A program made the translations under genes and the position numbers. Below, in pieces: positions 32,900 to 44,400 of a stretch of 64,000 bases of DNA. The stretch comes from an uncultured virus (IMG/VR IMGVR_UViG_3300029258_001891) (Duplodnaviria; Heunggongvirae; Uroviricota; Caudoviricetes). The stretch is from the IMG/VR virus record IMGVR_UViG_3300029258_001891, one strand, 5' to 3'. The notes beneath the pieces are model-generated. The model saw only the letters and a list, made by a program, of their open reading frames with translations, had not been told where the DNA came from and searched no databases. The number at the start of each line of letters is the position of its first letter. Position 1 is the stretch's first letter.

Positions 32900-33712
32900 A
32901 TGTCTTTCGAAGTGATGTTGCTGGATCAGTACAGTGTGATCGATTCCCCGAAGCGTCTGGAACTCATCGGGCGGTTGCGCTCTATGGGAAGCGTGCCGCA
33001 CGATGAGCTACCAGACAATGAACTCTCGGCGTTTCTTTTTGACGGCGCTCGTCTCTTCAATGAAGAGATTCAAAGTTTCGATGAAGTGAAACCCATTGAA
33101 GAACCTGCAATTCTTCTTTGGGCCGCGATGATGGTAACTGATTCGCGCCTACTCCACTTCGCCAAGTATTTCCTGATTGATTCTCGTGTCGGGAAAACCG
33201 ATCCAGGCCAAAGCGTAAAAAACAATGCGCTCATCAAAAAGGAACTTCGGCAACAGTTCGAACGTTACTTGGATGATTCTCAACTCACTCTCGGTGACGA
33301 GAGCATTCTTCAAGGAGAACTCATCCGGCGAGATATTGTGATCGATGCTATGGTTCCTACGGATGTTCAACACACTCCTCCGAAAACAACGCTTCAGTTG
33401 TTGAAGAAGACGGACACGACGATTGACATCCAGTGGACGCGGGCAACGGTGAGTGACTTCTACTCTTACGTTGTCTACATCGATACGCTTCCTGAGATTG
33501 AAGATAAGACGCGCCTTTCTTCCGCTTTGACAAATCCAGGCGTGAGAGAAGGGCTTGAACCCATTCTTGTCATCTCTCAGGAACAGTGGCAGAACGCCGC
33601 TAGACTGAGTGACTTGACTCCCGATACCGTCTATTGGATCGTCGTTGGGACGACGGACTACAATGGGCGCATCGCCATCTCCAACGAACTTCAGGTGAGG
33701 ACAGATGCCTAG
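32900..33712 (+). CDS. putative head-tail connector with C-terminal fibronectin type III domain
   Basis: Helical N-terminus; TDTTIDIQWT...YVVY...LSDLTPDTVYWIVV...SNELQVRT. Confidence 0.7.
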   Translation: MSFEVMLLDQYSVIDSPKRLELIGRLRSMGSVPHDELPDNELSAFLFDGARLFNEEIQSFDEVKPIEEPAILLWAAMMVTDSRLLHFAKYFLIDSRVGKTDPGQSVKNNALIKKELRQQFERYLDDSQLTLGDESILQGELIRRDIVIDAMVPTDVQHTPPKTTLQLLKKTDTTIDIQWTRATVSDFYSYVVYIDTLPEIEDKTRLSSALTNPGVREGLEPILVISQEQWQNAARLSDLTPDTVYWIVVGTTDYNGRIAISNELQVRTDA

Positions 33713-33899
33713 AATTCTTGACAAGAGAGTAGCGGCACTCAAGCGGCAAGGCTTCGACGAAAGCCGTGCTTTTGCCATCGCTACGTCTGCCCTTCAGAAA
33801 GAAGGGAAGATGGAAAAAGGATCGCAGAAACTTGTCCGGGGCGGACGTGGAAAAAGTGTACCGAAGAAACGGACAGGGAAAAAGAATCGGAGAGCGTGA
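33705..33899 (+). CDS. small basic protein (ChaB-like helix)
   Basis: MPRILDKRVAALKRQGFDESRAFAIATSALQK plus basic tail. Confidence 0.7.
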   Translation: MPRILDKRVAALKRQGFDESRAFAIATSALQKEGKMEKGSQKLVRGGRGKSVPKKRTGKKNRRA

Positions 33900-33900
33900 T

Positions 33901-34221
33901 ATGGACGCCACGATGGAAGCACGTTGGGATAAATGTATCGATGACGTTCTCGCTGGCGAGATCAACATCGATGTTCCCAACGATTTCGTGTGCGCGTGGG
34001 CTGACTGTCCAAAGGAGAAGGGCGACCCCGACAGGTACATCATAGGAGTGTTGAAGTGTCGCATTTGTCTGAGAAAGCATCTCGCGGCATGGCCGAAAGA
34101 CATCTTTGAGGATTTTACCCAAGAGTGCGATCATTGTTTTCATCGCACATGCGAGCCTGTGACAGACGATGTGGTGTTCGCCGAGTTCACCAAACCCATC
34201 GTTCCGCTGAAGGAGATTTGA
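33901..34221 (+). CDS. Cys-rich putative zinc-binding protein
   Basis: CAWADC, CRIC, CDHC. Confidence 0.65.
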   Translation: MDATMEARWDKCIDDVLAGEINIDVPNDFVCAWADCPKEKGDPDRYIIGVLKCRICLRKHLAAWPKDIFEDFTQECDHCFHRTCEPVTDDVVFAEFTKPIVPLKEI

Positions 34222-34222
34222 G

Positions 34223-34993
34223 TTGGCTCTTCTTCCGAACTTTCCAAAGGGGCTTGGTCCTCGTGAAGTCGTAACCTTTAACGAGGAACTCAAATCAATT
34301 TTCCATCAAGAGCGTTCATTGCTGAATGATCCTCTTGTAGACTTTCACCAATACGCTTTTTGTCGGGAAGACCTTGGAAGCGGAAACATTCGGCCTAGAA
34401 GGGAATTGGTGAAACAGTACACTGCCATTCCCGCCAGTGTGCCGAATCTGGATGACGAACAAATCGCCAACAGCGGCGGATTGATTCTTCCCACGGATCG
34501 TTTTTTGAGTGTGTACGATGTAAACCCGAACATCCTTTCCGTGGTTACTTGGCCGTCTGGATCGGGCAATCTGTTCACGATCAAACGAAAGGAGTACAAC
34601 CCTGCAAGTGGACGCTGTGAAATGCTCATTCGCCAAGACAACCATTTGAAAGGTGTTGTGTACACGCGAATCAAGGCTCAGACATTTGCAGGGCCGTCTT
34701 GGCAAGTGACAGACGACGTTGAAAAGATCGTACTGACTGTAAACAAAAGCGACGTGGACATGGAAGCCGAGTTGATCTTTTCGGGGATCATCGCTGTTGG
34801 AGATGTCGTCTTTTGGGCGTTGAAGGAAGAATTCAAGTTGCTTGACGAAACGGAATTCCGGCCAACAATGGAAGATAGGATTCTTGACACGGATCATACC
34901 GGAGCGGATCAAGAGTTCATTGTTGTCGGCGTTCGTTTCGATCCGAGAGAAGACTTCTACCGGCTGTTGTGTCGCCGGTACGGGGAGAACTGA
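34223..34993 (+). CDS. putative head closure/head-tail adaptor
   Basis: Position; beta-rich; FRPTMEDRI...EFIVVGVRFDP...YRLLCRR. Confidence 0.6.
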   Translation: MALLPNFPKGLGPREVVTFNEELKSIFHQERSLLNDPLVDFHQYAFCREDLGSGNIRPRRELVKQYTAIPASVPNLDDEQIANSGGLILPTDRFLSVYDVNPNILSVVTWPSGSGNLFTIKRKEYNPASGRCEMLIRQDNHLKGVVYTRIKAQTFAGPSWQVTDDVEKIVLTVNKSDVDMEAELIFSGIIAVGDVVFWALKEEFKLLDETEFRPTMEDRILDTDHTGADQEFIVVGVRFDPREDFYRLLCRRYGEN

Positions 34994-35007
34994 CCGAGAT
35001 GTCATAC

Positions 35008-35502
35008 TTAAACGTGTTTCCAGAGTTCGTAGGATTTGATCCTAGAAATGCAGGAAGGATCAACTCTGAACTTCTTGGCTATTCGTTTGAGGCTCCAACC
35101 TTTTCGAATAAGGCGTCGAATGCGTTTCACTTTTTGTTCCGTAAGGCGGCTCATTCCGTGGTTGGAACCTTGGTTTACTTTAACGCCTCTGTCTCTGTAG
35201 GCGTTAAGGTGGTTTTCAGAGCGTGTGACGTACTCAAGATTGTCTCGTCTGTTGTTGGTTCTTTTTCCGTCAATGTGGTTGACTTCAAGGCCAGGAGGGC
35301 AAGGACTGACGAAGGCAAGCATCACAAGACGATGGATGTTTATGCGTTTGCGCTTTCCTTTCTTGGAAAGATCAACGCTTACATATCCTGTTTTGCCCGT
35401 TGGCGAAGGCTTGAGTATTTTTTCCGTAGTGTCTCTTCTCACAAGTCCTGTGTGGGAGACACTGTAGAAGCCTTCGTAGCCTGGAATCTGTTTCCATCTC
35501 AT
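35008..35502 (-). CDS. NUMOD4-HNH homing endonuclease
   Basis: WKQIPGYEGFYSVSHTGLVR, IHRLVMLAF, VNHIDGKRTNNRRDNLEYVT; antisense insertion with TTGACT-17-TAATAG upstream. Confidence 0.9.
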   Translation of the reverse strand: MRWKQIPGYEGFYSVSHTGLVRRDTTEKILKPSPTGKTGYVSVDLSKKGKRKRINIHRLVMLAFVSPCPPGLEVNHIDGKRTNNRRDNLEYVTRSENHLNAYRDRGVKVNQGSNHGMSRLTEQKVKRIRRLIRKGWSLKRIAKKFRVDPSCISRIKSYELWKHV

Positions 35503-35545
35503 GTCTTAACTATTACACGAAAATCGTGCGATAGTCAAGTCAGAA

Positions 35546-36028
35546 ATGGGAATAAAGATGAGGAGGGCACTAACGATTAGTTACGAGATTTTGGAAGCTG
35601 TTAGACGCGCGTTGGTGGCTTCTGACGATCCTACCACGGGCGTTGGGCCGCTTGTTGGTGATCGGATTTATCCGTCCGACAGCAAGATGCTTGAGGATTT
35701 GACAGACGGCAAGCTGCCTGCCGTAACGTTTAACATGCTGGCCGAAACTGTTGATCCTTGCGGAAGGATCGACGGGACGGTTCAGATCGATGTGATTCAC
35801 AAAGGGCAGACGAAGGAGAAGAAAACCATTTGGTTGGTTCACCGGGCCATTCAGTTGGCCGTGACCCCAAGGCTTCTTCAAGCCGTGGTTCCGTCTCCCG
35901 TGCCGGATTTGAAGATCAATGTCGCTCTTTTCCGGCAAGAGTCGGTTGAGGATAACGTATTCGATGAGAGAACGGATACGTACCGGCTCCGCAGTCAGTG
36001 GGCCACTAAGTATGTTAGGACTCCATGA
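35546..36028 (+). CDS. putative tail terminator/completion protein
   Basis: LVGDRIYP...LPAVTF...VQIDV; start uncertain. Confidence 0.7.
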   Translation: MGIKMRRALTISYEILEAVRRALVASDDPTTGVGPLVGDRIYPSDSKMLEDLTDGKLPAVTFNMLAETVDPCGRIDGTVQIDVIHKGQTKEKKTIWLVHRAIQLAVTPRLLQAVVPSPVPDLKINVALFRQESVEDNVFDERTDTYRLRSQWATKYVRTP

Positions 36029-36549
36029 TGGCTGAAAGCAGATTGGCAGTCATGCTTGGGACTGACAAACAGCGTGCCCGCAGAGAATTCCGCGAGGCGT
36101 TGCGGAATGTTGGTGTGAGACTCGAAAAGGAGATTCGAAGAACCGCACCGCGCGGGGATAAGAATGCTCCCGGTCCTTATCGTAGAGAAACAGGAAAAGG
36201 ACTAGTCGATTCTCTCCGTGTTGTCGTCCGTGGCGATAGCGTTACTGTCGTTTCGGATGCCCCGCACTTGTTGCCGTTGACTGAAGGCTTCGGCCCGAAC
36301 TTCATCTTCGCAAAGAGGGCGGGGGGAATACTGGCCTTTCCTAACAAGAACTTTTTGTTGCGGAAAGGGACAGACACGCTTCGTCGAAGACGGAGCAAAG
36401 CACAAAGGAAGGGATTGGGTAAGGGGAATCTCTACAAGCAATATGCCACTCACGTACTTCACCCTGGAGCGAAGCCCAATCGTTTCTTGCAAAAGGCTGT
36501 GTCCAAGGCGAGGAAGTTTCTCCTTGAGGAACTGAGACGCCTTCGATAA
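36025..36549 (+). CDS. HK97 gp10-like neck/tail completion protein
   Basis: IRRTAP...GLVDSL...VLHPGAKPNRFLQKA. Confidence 0.75.
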   Translation: MMAESRLAVMLGTDKQRARREFREALRNVGVRLEKEIRRTAPRGDKNAPGPYRRETGKGLVDSLRVVVRGDSVTVVSDAPHLLPLTEGFGPNFIFAKRAGGILAFPNKNFLLRKGTDTLRRRRSKAQRKGLGKGNLYKQYATHVLHPGAKPNRFLQKAVSKARKFLLEELRRLR

Positions 36550-36573
36550 GGACAAAGACAGGAGTGTGGAACA

Positions 36574-37389
36574 ATGGCTCATTACGAGCGCCCAAGTCCC
36601 TACAACTACACTCTTGGGGGCATTCGTTTGTGGGTGAACGAACTTCTCGATGCTTCCGCAACTCCGCCTAAGTATCGCGGATTTGTCGATCTTGGCTGCA
36701 TCGAAGAGGCTCCTTTCGCACAAGCGATTGACTTTCAAGAGCACTTCTGCGCGTCCACCGGAACGCGGGTGAAGGATCGAAAGATTGTCAAGGAAATCTC
36801 TTCGACCATCACTGTCACCATCGTTGAAGCCGATCCCGAGAACCTTCGGCTCTTCTTCCTTGGTGGGGACATCACGGACGTTGCTGCTTCTCCAGGTGGT
36901 GGGAGTGTGACAACCGAAGTGATGAAGCTGACCGGAACGGAAAGGCGCATTCTGAAGGATGGTGTCAACGCCTCTTCGGTTGTTGTTGAACCGTATGGTG
37001 GCGGCGCTGCGTTCACTGTCACGACCGACTACGTGATCGAGGATCATTTCGGCCACAAGGCCATCCGTCGTGTTGCCACTGGCAGCATCGGCGATGGCGA
37101 CTTCGTTGAAGTGGACTACACGCATGATGTTTTGGAGAGCAGAAGTTTCAATCCGCTCACCCAAATTCTCAAGACTGCGCAGGTCCAGTTCATCGGTGTG
37201 TCGGATACCGGACAGGAAATGATCGCACAGTTTGACAACGTTCAGATCAATCCGACTGGTGACTTCAGTTGGAACAGCGACGACTGGACTTCGTTCCAGT
37301 TGGAACTGGACATTCTGGACAACAGCCTTGCTGCGCCGAGTGCGCCCTACGGGGTCATTCAGCAACTTGGGGCTGGCCAGAACATTTAG
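36574..37389 (+). CDS. major tail tube protein
   Basis: NYTLGGIRLW, FVDLGC, DPENLRLFFLG, INPTGDFSWNSDDW; precedes chaperone and tape measure. Confidence 0.85.
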   Translation: MAHYERPSPYNYTLGGIRLWVNELLDASATPPKYRGFVDLGCIEEAPFAQAIDFQEHFCASTGTRVKDRKIVKEISSTITVTIVEADPENLRLFFLGGDITDVAASPGGGSVTTEVMKLTGTERRILKDGVNASSVVVEPYGGGAAFTVTTDYVIEDHFGHKAIRRVATGSIGDGDFVEVDYTHDVLESRSFNPLTQILKTAQVQFIGVSDTGQEMIAQFDNVQINPTGDFSWNSDDWTSFQLELDILDNSLAAPSAPYGVIQQLGAGQNI

Positions 37390-37426
37390 TCGATAGCATG
37401 TGCTGTCGGCTGTTACTGTCCGAAAA

Positions 37427-37468
37427 GGAGAGAGGGAGTGAGGGCCTTGAACCTCACTCTCTCTCTTT
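37427..37468 (+). terminator. long hairpin after the tail tube gene
   Basis: GGAGAGAGGGAGTGAGG / CCTCACTCTCTCTCTTT. Confidence 0.6.
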
Positions 37469-37483
37469 CATTTATCACGGGAG

Positions 37484-38101
37484 ATGACTGACATGAACGG
37501 AGAAGCCACGAAGGTAGACGAGTTGGCGGCGGAAAAAGAAGAAAAAGCAAAGCAGGAAGTTCCTGAGAAGAAGGAAGAAACCGAAGAAGAAAGAAAGGCA
37601 AGGCTTCGGAAACTTCTTACGACGAGAGAAGAAGAGTATGAACCTCTCGGCATGTACGCGGAAAAGCGCCCGAAGAAACTGATTCTTCGTCGCTGGCCGT
37701 GGGGCTTGGGAATGACACTTCTACCCCAAGGCGTTCAGATTTTCGGCTCTTCTCTTGGAGGTTTGATTTCTCCCCAAGGAGAGTTGGCAATCAGCATTTC
37801 ATCCATGATCGGCATTTTCACCGAAGACAACATCGGAAAGATGCTCACGGACAATTCTGCGTCTGTGACGGAAATCATCGCAAAGACGCTCGCGCAAACA
37901 GATGACAACAAAAGGCCGTACAACTTCAGCAGCGAAAAGGAGGCTTTCGATTACGTCCATGAACTTGAGTTCTTCGACATCGTTGAACTTGGAAAGATCA
38001 TCTTCGAACAGAACTTTGAGTTCATCCTAAAAAACCTGCTAAGCGGACTGGTGACGATGGAAAAGATCGCCAGTCCGAACCTGTCTCCGACGCGCAAATA
38101 A
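37484..38101 (+). CDS. tail assembly chaperone (gpG-like)
   Basis: Lies between tail tube and tape measure; slippery site near the 3' end. Confidence 0.8.
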   Translation: MTDMNGEATKVDELAAEKEEKAKQEVPEKKEETEEERKARLRKLLTTREEEYEPLGMYAEKRPKKLILRRWPWGLGMTLLPQGVQIFGSSLGGLISPQGELAISISSMIGIFTEDNIGKMLTDNSASVTEIIAKTLAQTDDNKRPYNFSSEKEAFDYVHELEFFDIVELGKIIFEQNFEFILKNLLSGLVTMEKIASPNLSPTRK

Positions 38102-38457
38102 TCTCGCGCTTGGTAAGGCACGGGTACACGATAAGGAACATCTTGTGGGAGTTCAGCGAAGAGGAGATCAGCATCTTGTACAAGGAAGTCATCACGGGGG
38201 AGTTGGAGGACATCAAACAAATGGCCATCGCCACTCGTCTTGGCGTCAATGCCGACGCGAAACAGTTCAAACGAGTGATGAAAGAGTACGACGAAGCCGG
38301 AAAGGGAGATCGACCAAAAGAACGCGGGATCAATTCTCAGTTTGTGGAGAAGTTGCAAGTGCTCAACAAACTTAGAGGGAGCGGGGCAAGAAACAAGGGA
38401 CGACCGAACTACAAAGGACGAGTCCCTAGAAGACCCCCGCCGCCCTCTATGGGGTAA
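38029..38457 (+). CDS. tail assembly chaperone -1 frameshift extension (gpGT-like)
   Basis: Slippery A-AAA-AAC at 38029-38035; -1 frame open (PAKRTGDDG...IISRLVRHGYTIRNILWEFSEEEI) to 38457. Confidence 0.8.
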   Translation, partial: KKPAKRTGDDGKDRQSEPVSDAQIISRLVRHGYTIRNILWEFSEEEISILYKEVITGELEDIKQMAIATRLGVNADAKQFKRVMKEYDEAGKGDRPKERGINSQFVEKLQVLNKLRGSGARNKGRPNYKGRVPRRPPPPSMG

Positions 38458-38469
38458 GGGAGCAAGACC

Positions 38470-41400
38470 GTGGCCGAAACCATTCTGATTAGGCTTCAAC
38501 TCGACACGCGAAGTATTCAAGTCGTTGAAGAACGCTTGAAGAAGTTTAAGACGCGAGTCGAAGCAAGGCTTAACCTGAAGATCAAAATCAATCAGGCTGC
38601 GCTTACGGCTACTCTCAAAGCCGCCGAAAAGAAGCTGGATGCTTTTCGGAAACGAGCACAAGACAGACTTGTTATCAAAGCGAGAATCCAAGTTGACAGC
38701 GCGGCATTGGCCGGACTCCAAACGGCACTCGCTTCGATAAACAACTTCACTCGGAAGATCGCTGCATCTACCACGGCGGCATCTAAAGGCTTCACTCAGT
38801 TTTCTACTGTGGTGAATCAAGCCAACAAAGCAATCAGAGACTTGAACCGCGCTCGTATTGCCGGTGGTGCTGGTGGAGCATTCGCGGAAACCACGAAGTC
38901 AGCGGGATTGCTCAATCGTGCTCTCGGAATAACGAGACAGTCGTTCTTCGGCTTTGTGGCGGCTGCCGCGATAGGCCAGCGTGTCTTGCGCAGCGTTGTT
39001 GAAACGTTCACCGAGTTCGAAACAAAACTTGTTCGTGTCGGGCGTTTGGTTGGAAAGTCCGGCGATCAGTTGCGGGACTTGGGAGAAGAACTTACGAACG
39101 TTGCAAGCAGTCTCGGCATCGCAACGAACGAAGTTCTCGATCTTGCGGAAGCGGCTGCGAGGTTGGGCGTTGCTCAAGACAATCTCGTGCAGTTTGTCAA
39201 GCAAGCCCAAAAAGTCGCTATCGCGTTGCAGTTGACCGGACAGGAAGCGGCTGAAGCGTTCAAGTCGTTTACGCTTCTCTTCAAGATCGACATTGCGAAC
39301 ATCACCAAGATCGGCGACGCATTCAATGCCGTGGCCGATGCTTCAGCCGTCTCCGCTGCTTCTCTCGTTCGTTTCGTGCAGTTCCTTGGACCTGTGGCGA
39401 ATCAGTTCAACATTCTCGGCACGGAAGGCATTGGAGCTATGACGGCTCTTGGTGCCGTGCTCGCGGAGTTGGGTGTTTCGGCGCAAGTCACAGGAACAGG
39501 CTTGCAGAGAATCCTCGCGCAGATCACAGACCGTTCCAGGGAAGCGGCAAGAGTCGCGGGCGTTTCCTTCGAAGAGTTCTCGAAACTCCTCAAAACGGAT
39601 ATGCTCGGCGCTCTCGATCTTGTGTTGAAGGGATTCAATGCTCTTGATGCGCAAGGAAAGATCACGGCGCAAACGCTTCTCGGCCTTAACAACATTCGCG
39701 TTGGACGTGTTCTTAACTTACTGGCCGCGAACACGGAACGAGTGGCACAGAAACAACTCATCGCCAATCAGGCTTTCCGAGACGGCGTCTCCGTTGAAGC
39801 GGAGGTGCAACGGCAGTTGGCAACGCTTCAAAGTCAGTTCCAGCAAACGGCGAATGAAATCGGGCGTGTTATCAGAGATGCGTTCGAACCGTTCGGTAAG
39901 ATCGTTAAAGACGTGCTTTTCCAAGTGCGCGAATGGATCAAGGAGAACCCTGAGTTCGCAAAGCAGATCGCAACGCTTGCCATTGAGTTTGGTGCGTTGG
40001 TTGCTGTGCTTGGCACCGTGGCGACAGCGGCATTCATCTTCATCGAAGTTTTTGGAAGTGCGCTCGGTGTCATAACGGCTTTCGTTGGTTCTGTGGGAAG
40101 ACTTCTTCTTTGGTTGGCCAGACTTGTTCCCGCGTTTGGAGCAGCTTCAAGGGCCATCCTTTTCTTCTCGGTGGCTTCGACAAGAGCAGCAAAGATTGCC
40201 ATTGCCAATCTCATCGCGGCTATCACAGGAGCAGGTGTGGGCGGCGTGAGTCTTATCGGCGCGCTCGGAAAAGTGCGTATCGCTTTTCTTGCAGCATCTA
40301 AAGCCGCACTCATCTTCCTTGCATCCGCAGCAAAGATCATTGCCGTTGTCGGAATCCTTGTTGCTGGCCTTGTGGCCATCATCGATCTTGCTTCCGAATT
40401 AGCCTATGCTCTTGGTCTGATTCAAAAGCCTACGGAATTCTTGAACACTGGATGGAAAAAACTCGGAGAGACGTTCGGCTTTGTCGAGAAACAGACGGAG
40501 AAAACCAGGAACAGGCTCAGGGAAATACGTGAAGAAGCAAAGAAATCGGCAGAAGAAACCGGCGCGTTGACGAACGCTGTGAACGTTTTGAACCAAGAGT
40601 TCAAGACGATTGCGGATGCTACAGAGCGTGTCAGCACGGGGTTGAAGGACTTCACGGAAGTTTCAAGAGAGTCCATCAACAATTTGCTCACGCAGTTTAG
40701 TCGTACAGACGTAAAACTTCAAGAGTTGATCGATCAGGAAGGTTTGACCGAAGGCATCGCAAGAACGCTTCGGCAAGGCGCTGTGGGCGTGCGGCAGGCT
40801 TTCGATCAATTCATACAGGAAGCGTTGACAAGCCGTGAAGGCAAAGTAGGCGAAGAGGAAGCTATTGCTCGCGTTCAGCGCGTTGTGGATCGGATCAACT
40901 TCATCGTAGGAAAGGATGCGCCGCAATTCAAAATCGAAGTTGATAAAGCCAATTTCGATAGAGTGCGCGGACAAGTCAACGAGTTTATCAAGGCACTTGC
41001 TTTTGAAGCTGTCTCCGATGACAGCGAAAAAGCAAGTAAAGCTCTCGCCAAGTTTCTTCAAGTCTTTGGTGCTATCGACGCAGCCACTTTTGGTGCCGAA
41101 GCTCTTAAACAATTTGATAAAGACCTGCAAAGCCTTCGAGAAACTTTTCACATCACATCGGAACAGGCGCTTATCTTCGCCACGAAACTCCAGGCAAGCC
41201 GGATTCCTCTTGCGCAAGTTGCTGGTGGCCTGAATCCTTTCATGTTCCAGCTTGAACGACTATTCGGGAGTGGACAGCGTGGAATAGAAGTGTTCGATGA
41301 GTTCATTAACACGCTCACAAAATTCCGATCCAGTATTGTTTCTATTCCTGACATCGATTTTGTTTCGGACCTGAAATTGGATACGGCCAACGAGTCATTG

Positions 41401-44400
41401 CGAACGTTCGTCAATTTGACGGCGGAACAGCAAACCAAACTCGTTGAGATCGTGGAGCAACAGAAAGTTCGTGCTAAACTACAAAAAGGCATTGCGGATA
41501 ATGCTAAGGAAATTGCTAGACAGGAAGAAAAAGGTCTTACAGCACTCCGCAAGCGTTTGAACTTTCAGAAAGAAATACTGCGCTTCATCCAAAGGAATTT
41601 GGAACTTCAAGGTAAGGACAAGTCGCCAGAACTGCTTAAAGATGAAGAAAATACCAAAACAATCATTCTTCAGCTTGAAGAAAAGATTGCGAAGGAAACG
41701 AAGAAGACCCAGGATAACGACAAGGAACGTGTGCGGATCAATCGTCTCCTTGAGCGAATCAATCGGCGTAACGAATCTCTTCTCGCGCGACAGGCGGAAA
41801 CTGCAAAGGATATGGCGGCGCAAATCGAAGCGATTCATAAACGCGAGATGGCAATCGTCGATACACTGCGTAAGCAAGGAGCGACTGCCCAGGACATCGC
41901 GAAGGCGCGTGTCAAGGCCACACAAAATGCCCTCCTTGCTGAAACAACTTTCTTGACGAAGCAGCTTGAAGTTTTCCGGCGCGAACAGCAAAAAGCCGTT
42001 CGTGACTTGGACAAACTTCAGAAGAGCGGAGAAGCGTTCCTTCGAAGACAACTTCGGCTGCTCGATCCTAACAAGCAGATCAACGCTCTTGAAGACCTGT
42101 TTGATGAGTTCCAGAAGGAAGCCCTCAAGGGCGGCTTCGTAGGTCTTGAACGTGTGGCTCTCACGCGCTTCCAGAAGCGTTTCCAGCAAGTCGCGGCAGA
42201 ACAAAAAAAGGAAGATCAGACTCAACTTCAAGACTTGTTCAAGAAACGGATTGAAGTCCAAGAGAGGCTTCAGGAACTCGGTTTCGAAGACGAAAAGGCC
42301 AGACTCGATTCTCTCAACCAAAATCGTGAACGTCAGTTGTTGCGTGAGAAGGGCTTGAGAGGACAAGCACTCGAACTCGAATTGCAGAAGCGGATGTTTG
42401 AAATCGAACAGGAAGACAGGGTTCGAAACCGCAATTTCGAAAGTGCTACCAAAGAACTTGAAGAAACCGAAACCAAAATCACAGACATCCAAAACAGGAC
42501 GTTCAACAATCAAGGCAAAGTACAAGCTCTTTACAAAAGCGCGTCTGCTGAATTGCAGAAAGCCTTTGCTATTGGCGATGCTCGCGTGAAAGAGATGGAG
42601 AGACGCGCCAAGAATGCTTCCAACGGTATTATCACGGCTTCGCGTGAACTTGCCGATGCGGCAAGGAAACTTGAAGAAGCCGCGAAGCTGGCGTTCTTCC
42701 GCCGAATCTTCAAAGAAGAGTTCGATCAGCAAAAAGCCACGAACGAAGCGCGCTTGGATGCCGCAAACGCGACCATCAAAACATTCACCAGTCTCCAACA
42801 GCTTTTGGATGTCGAATTCCGAGAGAAGCTGAGTGAGTTCGCGCGAACGTTCGAAGACTTCGGCACGGAGTTTTTGACTTCAGGAAAGAAGTTGGTTGCC
42901 ATCAATGCTAGTCTTGGTGAGACGGAACAGTTGATCCGTCAGCTTAAACTGAAGGAGACTAGCGGAGAGATACTCACTGAAACTGAAAGGGAAGCCCTTC
43001 TAAACGCCGAAGCGCGGCAAAAGAGTCTCAAGAGGGACAGGAAGAGGCTTGAGGAAACCGAGAAGCAAAACAGGGAAACGCTGAGAGCGTTCCGGGAAAA
43101 GCAAGGTGCTTTGGCTGTTGAGTTCGCGGAAAGACTCAAAGAAGCCTTTCCTGAAAGAGAGGACTTGCAGAAAGCCTTTGCTGAAGGCTTCGATAAAATC
43201 CTCACGTCCGTTGAAAGGGCTGGCCCGACACAAGAGGCTTTTGGTTTTGTCAGTGAACTTACCGACAAAGCCATCCGCGATCTTATCAACGACATCAACT
43301 TCAGGCGCACTGAGATCGAGAAGAGCACGCAGAAGTTGTCCGACAAAATGGACACGTTCCTTGAGGCGCTTCCCAAAACAATCGAAAAGACTTTCGAAGC
43401 GTTCAAGAAGGGTAATGAAAAACTGAATGAAGCCGCTGACAAAGCGGAAGACATCGCGAAGCGCGCTCTCTCGAAGCCTGAAGTTGTCAAGCCCGTCGAA
43501 GAAGCGGCGAAGGCACCTGCCGAGCGTGAGAAGAAAGCCGCCAAGGTGAGTAAGGAGGATACGTTTGAGTTCACTCAGTTTGCCCTTGATCTTGTCAAGG
43601 CCCAAGCAGAAGTGTACGACGTTGACTTGACTGACGAAGGCGCTGTTGCCGCCGCAAGAGAAAGGCTGATTCAGGCAACGGCCGCTTTGAATGACTTCTG
43701 GAGCAAACAAAGCAGCGCGAACAAAGAACTCTTCGACAGGATGTTCACGCTCATAGAGAACGCCGGGAAAGCGGCTTTTGACGCGGCAGAGTTCCCGCTT
43801 GATAAGGCGTTTGCTTTCAGACACGCCGCGATCACGCAGATGAACGAACTCTTCAGGCAGTTCCAGGAAACTGATTCAAGGCTTCGTCACACGGTTGTTT
43901 CTCTTGCTGAAAAACAACAAAAGGAAAAAGAGATAGAGCGCGAAATTCAAGAAGTTATGAAGGAAGAAATAGGAGCCGAAGGCGCAAGAGGAGTCGAAGG
44001 AGCTACGGAAGCCGCCGAAGCCGCTCCTATCGCGGAACCCGCCGTAGAAGCCACAGATCGTGTCAAGACGGCTACAGAAACCTTCACGGCCAAAGTTCAA
44101 GAAGGATTCACGGCTGTTGCAGGAAAGTTGAATGAAGTACAAGCCGTTTTTGACAAAGCTATCGTGCCGTTTACCGAAATGCTGAAAGGCATTAACTTGG
44201 AAACACTCAGTGAGGCAACTACAACCTTGAATGATTCCGTCGCTGACGCGAATGCTTCGCTCACAGGTCTTCTCGATGTTCAAAGTGAAAACATCGAAGC
44301 CATCAACGGGCTTGCCGAAAATGTCGCTGATTTTGCGTTACAGTCCGCCGAGAAGACGAGAGAGCACACGAACTACATCGCGGAGAAAAAAGAGAACGTG

